NCBI GenBank assembly: GCA_051652765.1 | Contig: JBOFUV010000125.1 | Location: 1 to 19,867 of the forward strand | DNA: 19,867 nucleotides | Direction of reading: 5' to 3' | DNA from: Microcoleaceae cyanobacterium | GTDB lineage: Bacteria; Cyanobacteriota; Cyanobacteriia; Cyanobacteriales; Microcoleaceae | Part shown: positions 16,921-19,867 of the stretch, piece after piece | Position numbering within the stretch: position 1 is the stretch's first letter | Layout of the letters: every line of letters begins with the position of its first letter | Notes under the pieces: model-generated | Told to the model about the DNA's origin: nothing | What the model saw: the letters and a program-made list of their open reading frames with translations, nothing else | Database searches by the model: none | Made by a program: the position numbers and the translations under genes

Positions 16921-17583
16921 CTAACGTTTCATCCCCAGGGTTAACCCATCAGCGATCGGAACCAGACTTAAACTGATCCGCTCATCCTGGTGCAGCTTTT
17001 GATTTAACCTGCGAAGGGCAACTGTTGGACTATCTTGTACCGTTGAATCCGCAACTTGCCCTGACCACAGGACATTATCAATGGCAATCAGTCCCCCTGA
17101 ACGGATCAGTTGTAGGGCGCGTTCATAGTACCCTTCATAATTTTCCTTGTCCGCATCAATAAAAGCAAAATCAAAGGTTCCGGCCTGACCTTCTGATAAC
17201 AGTCGATCCAATGTTTCCATCGCAGGAGCCAAATGCAGAGTAATCTTGTGATCGACCCCAGCTATTTGCCAGTAACGACGGGCGATCGCGGTAAATTCTT
17301 CACTCACATCACAGGCAATGACCTGTCCCTCGTCCGGTAAAGCCAGAGCCACGCAGAGGGAACTGTACCCCGTAAAAACGCCGATTTCTAAAGTCTTTTT
17401 GGCATTGATGAGCTGAACCAGCAACGCCATAAACTGCCCTTGTTCTGGGGCAATCTGCATCATTGCCCGAGGGTGGGAAGCCGTCTCCTCCCGTAACTTC
17501 TGTAAAATCTCAGGTTCCCGCAAGGAAACAGATAGGAGATAATCGTAAAGATGCCCCGGCAAGCCTAAGGTTTGATTTGACAT
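16921..17583 (-). CDS. Class I SAM-dependent O-methyltransferase, caffeoyl-CoA OMT-like (Methyltransf_3)
   Basis: [43 protein letters not shown] and PIADG. Start taken as the ATG at 17583 (MSNQTLGL) with GGAG upstream. Confidence 0.93.
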   Translation of the reverse strand: MSNQTLGLPGHLYDYLLSVSLREPEILQKLREETASHPRAMMQIAPEQGQFMALLVQLINAKKTLEIGVFTGYSSLCVALALPDEGQVIACDVSEEFTAIARRYWQIAGVDHKITLHLAPAMETLDRLLSEGQAGTFDFAFIDADKENYEGYYERALQLIRSGGLIAIDNVLWSGQVADSTVQDSPTVALRRLNQKLHQDERISLSLVPIADGLTLGMKR

Positions 17584-17588
17584 AGCTC

Positions 17589-17637
17589 CAAGTTTGATAG
17601 TTGCAAGTTTGATAGTTGCAAGTTTGATAATTTCAAG
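17589..17637. repeat. 15-nt tandem repeat CAAGTTTGATAGTTG x3
   Basis: Units at 17589, 17604 and 17619 (degenerate), immediately upstream of the O-methyltransferase start. Confidence 0.9.
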
Positions 17638-17786
17638 GGTTAGCTGCAAGTTCCGTGTTCTCACTCAAGATACTATCGCAATTAGTCAGTCGGTAGAATC
17701 AATCAATTTGAACATCAAGCCTTTGCCTAACCCCTGGCGATCGCCTTCCCCCTGATCAAGGGAGACTACAGGAGGTCTTCTACACT

Positions 17787-17837
17787 TAATATTCAACTAA
17801 TATTCAACTTTATAATGCTCAACTTTTAATTTTCAAC
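17787..17837. repeat. TAAT(A/G/T)(T/C)TCAAC x4 ending 2 nt before the S66 peptidase ATG
   Basis: taatattcaac at 17787 and 17798, taatgctcaac at 17813, taattttcaac at 17827. Confidence 0.85.
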
Positions 17838-17839
17838 TC

Positions 17840-18844
17840 ATGAAGCGTCGTCAATTGTTATGCAGGCTGGGGTTTACAAGTTTACTGTTGACTCAAACTC
17901 CCAGGGTTATTGCTCAAACCTCAGGGATTCTGAAGCCTCCTCGCCTCAGACGCGGAGATACGATTGGGTTAATTAGTCCAGCAGGCTCCATCAGTAAATC
18001 CGACTTAAAACGTATTAGTTTAAAAGCCAATGAACTGGGATTTCAGACGAAATCAGCACCCAATGTTTTAGATCAATACGGTTACCTGGCTGGGCCAGAT
18101 ATGAACCGAGCCCAAGATATCAACACCTTATTTGCCGATGATTCTGTTCAGGCTCTCCTGGCAACTACTGGAGGCTGGGGCAGCGGTCGGATTCTATCTT
18201 TGTTAGACTATGATTTAATCCGCCAAAACCCTAAGGTTATTCTTGGTTTTAGTGATATTACTGCATTATTACTGGGCATCTATAGTCGATCTCAACTGAT
18301 TACATTTCATGGATTATTAGGACTAGCTGGTTGGAACCCTTACTCCTTGGAATACTTTGAAAAAATTCTACTCCAAGGAGAAGCCACTACGTTTCAAAAC
18401 CTGCCTCATATTCAAGTTCAAATCATTACACCAGGTCAAGCGCAAGGGCGTTTAATTGGCGGAAATCTCTCGGTTTTATCCGGATTGGTGGGGTCATCTT
18501 TTTTACCAGAGTGGCAAAATACAATTCTCTTTGTTGAGGATATAGGAGAAGATGTTTATCGTATTGATCGATTTTTAACCCATCTCAAACTGGCTGGAAT
18601 TCTCGACCAACTTTCTGGATTTATCTTTTCTCAATGTACCCGTTGCCTGGATGAAACCGATCCCTCTCCAACCCTCACCCTATGGCAAGTGTTGCTAGAT
18701 CACATTCGACCTTTAGGGATTCCAGCTTGGTATGGATCGATGATGGGTCATATTCAAAATCAATTTATTATTCCCATCGGAATTCGGGTAGAAATTGATG
18801 GGAGTCGAGGAACGATTCAAATGTTAGAACCAGCCGTTATTTAA
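17840..18844 (+). CDS. LD-carboxypeptidase, peptidase S66 family, with twin-arginine-like signal peptide
   Basis: PPRLRRGDTIGLISPAG, catalytic Ser in GFSDIT, GGNLS, Glu in EDIGE and His in GH. The N-terminus is MKRRQLL plus a hydrophobic stretch ending VIA|Q. Confidence 0.92.
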   Translation: MKRRQLLCRLGFTSLLLTQTPRVIAQTSGILKPPRLRRGDTIGLISPAGSISKSDLKRISLKANELGFQTKSAPNVLDQYGYLAGPDMNRAQDINTLFADDSVQALLATTGGWGSGRILSLLDYDLIRQNPKVILGFSDITALLLGIYSRSQLITFHGLLGLAGWNPYSLEYFEKILLQGEATTFQNLPHIQVQIITPGQAQGRLIGGNLSVLSGLVGSSFLPEWQNTILFVEDIGEDVYRIDRFLTHLKLAGILDQLSGFIFSQCTRCLDETDPSPTLTLWQVLLDHIRPLGIPAWYGSMMGHIQNQFIIPIGIRVEIDGSRGTIQMLEPAVI

Positions 18845-18853
18845 GGTATCCAG

Positions 18854-18874
18854 TTAAAGCCAACTTGACTTTAA
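18854..18874. terminator. Weak inverted repeat between convergent stops, possible terminator
   Basis: TTAAAGCCAA-c-TTGACTTTAA (1 mismatch). It is AT-rich and has no clear U-tract. Confidence 0.3.
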
Positions 18875-18877
18875 ACT

Positions 18878-19792
18878 TCAAGGATTAGGCAAGGCGTAAA
18901 CCCCTAGATGATTAGCAACAGGACGCTGACGCATGGGAATGCCACTCTGAATGGGTGAATTCAAGATCTTCGCTCCTCGGCGGTTTTGCATGACCAATGT
19001 GGTTGATCCGCCGCCATCTAGATTCAAAGCTGTTTCTGCTCCTAAGTCTACGAAAATCTTTTGCAATTCTTTGAAGGTTATTCCTTCGCTGTAGCCTTTT
19101 TGACGACCATCAACGATCACGAGCCAGAGTGTTTTACCCGAGGCATCAACGCCAACTGCTGTCCGGGGAAACAGTTCATTTTTATCCGAGCGCCTAATCC
19201 TAGCAGGCTGACCTTGTTTAATTAAGAGCACATTGCCAGAGACAGCATGAGTGGTATTTTCTGGGCAACGCTCAGGTAAAATCTGAACCTTAGTTTTATT
19301 AGAAATACAAAATGCAAACCAGATTTTGTCGGGATCAGAATAGTGATTTCCGTTAGCAATGGCCTGCCCGACAACGTTGACGCGATCGCCAGTTCTTGGA
19401 AAGTAATCCCAGGGAGTTCGAGTATGAATTGGATAAAAAAAGCTGGCATTAATAGCAACTTGAGCTTGATATTTTTTTAAGAATTCACGAGTAGTCTGGG
19501 CAGCAATTTCCATCCTGTCATCCTTCGGTTCTCCAGGGGTGACAAACAGTTCAATCCCCGGTGAAGTTAAATCAATCTCAACAATATGAACCATCAACCG
19601 ACGAGGCTCTGAACGAGGAATTCGCTGATAGGAAATCCCTGGGAAAAGCTGAGTCTCTTTTGCGGAACGAGGAGGACGTTGACGAGAGGGCAGAACGTAA
19701 GTATTGAGCCAGAATAAAATAACAAATAAAATTAAACTGATGCCAAAGACTGATAGAATTAGTTTAAGTGAGCGTTTTGGTTTTTGATTCAT
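18878..19792 (-). CDS. Phosphodiester glycosidase family protein (NAGPA/DUF2233-like), membrane-anchored
   Basis: AINASFF, PRTAVG, VIVDGRQ..YSEG, ALNLDGGGSTT and R.VAN, with an N-terminal TM helix. The ATG at 19792 (MNQKPKR) is preferred over the TTG at 19861. Confidence 0.9.
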   Translation of the reverse strand: MNQKPKRSLKLILSVFGISLILFVILFWLNTYVLPSRQRPPRSAKETQLFPGISYQRIPRSEPRRLMVHIVEIDLTSPGIELFVTPGEPKDDRMEIAAQTTREFLKKYQAQVAINASFFYPIHTRTPWDYFPRTGDRVNVVGQAIANGNHYSDPDKIWFAFCISNKTKVQILPERCPENTTHAVSGNVLLIKQGQPARIRRSDKNELFPRTAVGVDASGKTLWLVIVDGRQKGYSEGITFKELQKIFVDLGAETALNLDGGGSTTLVMQNRRGAKILNSPIQSGIPMRQRPVANHLGVYALPNP

Positions 19793-19867
19793 GGGTAAGT
19801 TGTAAAAATTAATGATAGAGTCAAGGATGATATGTCTCTTACTGGTAAGAACCTTTCCCAAGGTAAA

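Larger units (their letters stand above)
70..19389. repeat. HIP1 octamer GCGATCGC, dispersed (at least 15 copies)
   Basis: Copies read at 70, 625, 2124, 3409, 4837, 6938, 8237, 9138, 11491, 12419, 12786, 15188, 17282, 17737 and 19382. A given 8-mer is expected about 0.3 times in 20 kb at 50% GC. HIP1 over-representation is an established cyanobacterial trait. Confidence 0.95.

Noticed and set aside
17584..17664. 27-aa N-terminal extension of the O-methyltransferase ([14 protein letters not shown])
   Set aside because: It is the translation of the 15-nt repeat. The ATG at 17583 has a GGAG RBS and gives the usual family length of about 220 aa.
648..19458. About 35 short alternative-frame or antisense ORFs in the ORF track (e.g. 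2192-2521, 7689-8066, 12205-12606, 14819-15136)
   Set aside because: All overlap well-supported genes and show no recognisable motifs, so I treat them as shadow ORFs.
1..19867. A single coherent operon, biosynthetic cluster, prophage or defence island
   Set aside because: The genes have unrelated functions and mixed orientation, HIP1 sites occur throughout, and no integrase, phage or further defence genes were recognised beyond the lone NACHT gene.

Overview
Cyanobacterial chromosomal DNA, judged from at least 15 HIP1 GCGATCGC octamers, a cyanobacterial-type class II aldolase and a CpcT-family lyase. It is mostly a patchwork of housekeeping and envelope genes: a partial MacB/FtsX-type ABC permease, fbaA, a SpoIID/LytB protein, rnz, a metallophosphoesterase, an ABC-2 ATPase/permease pair, a secreted hypothetical next to dprA, cysK, a CpcT-family paralog, an apparently truncated NACHT NTPase, a small N/Q/Y-repeat ORF, ribD, two hypotheticals, an O-methyltransferase, a probably Tat-exported S66 LD-carboxypeptidase and a NAGPA-type glycosidase. 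I recognised no tRNA, rRNA, CRISPR array or transposase. Five observations stand out. (1) About 16 unrelated short tandem duplications (10-30 nt period) occur in many intergenic gaps and in-frame inside genes, often at gene ends. (2) A palindromic hairpin-plus-array lies at 8341-8433. (3) A ~42-nt element is present twice as direct repeats bracketing cysK, the cpcT-like gene and the NACHT gene. (4) The NACHT gene stops right after its NTPase core and sits next to an amyloid-looking small ORF. (5) The DprA linker carries a beta-clamp-like QLSLL motif. All product calls come from motif recognition by eye; no database search was run.
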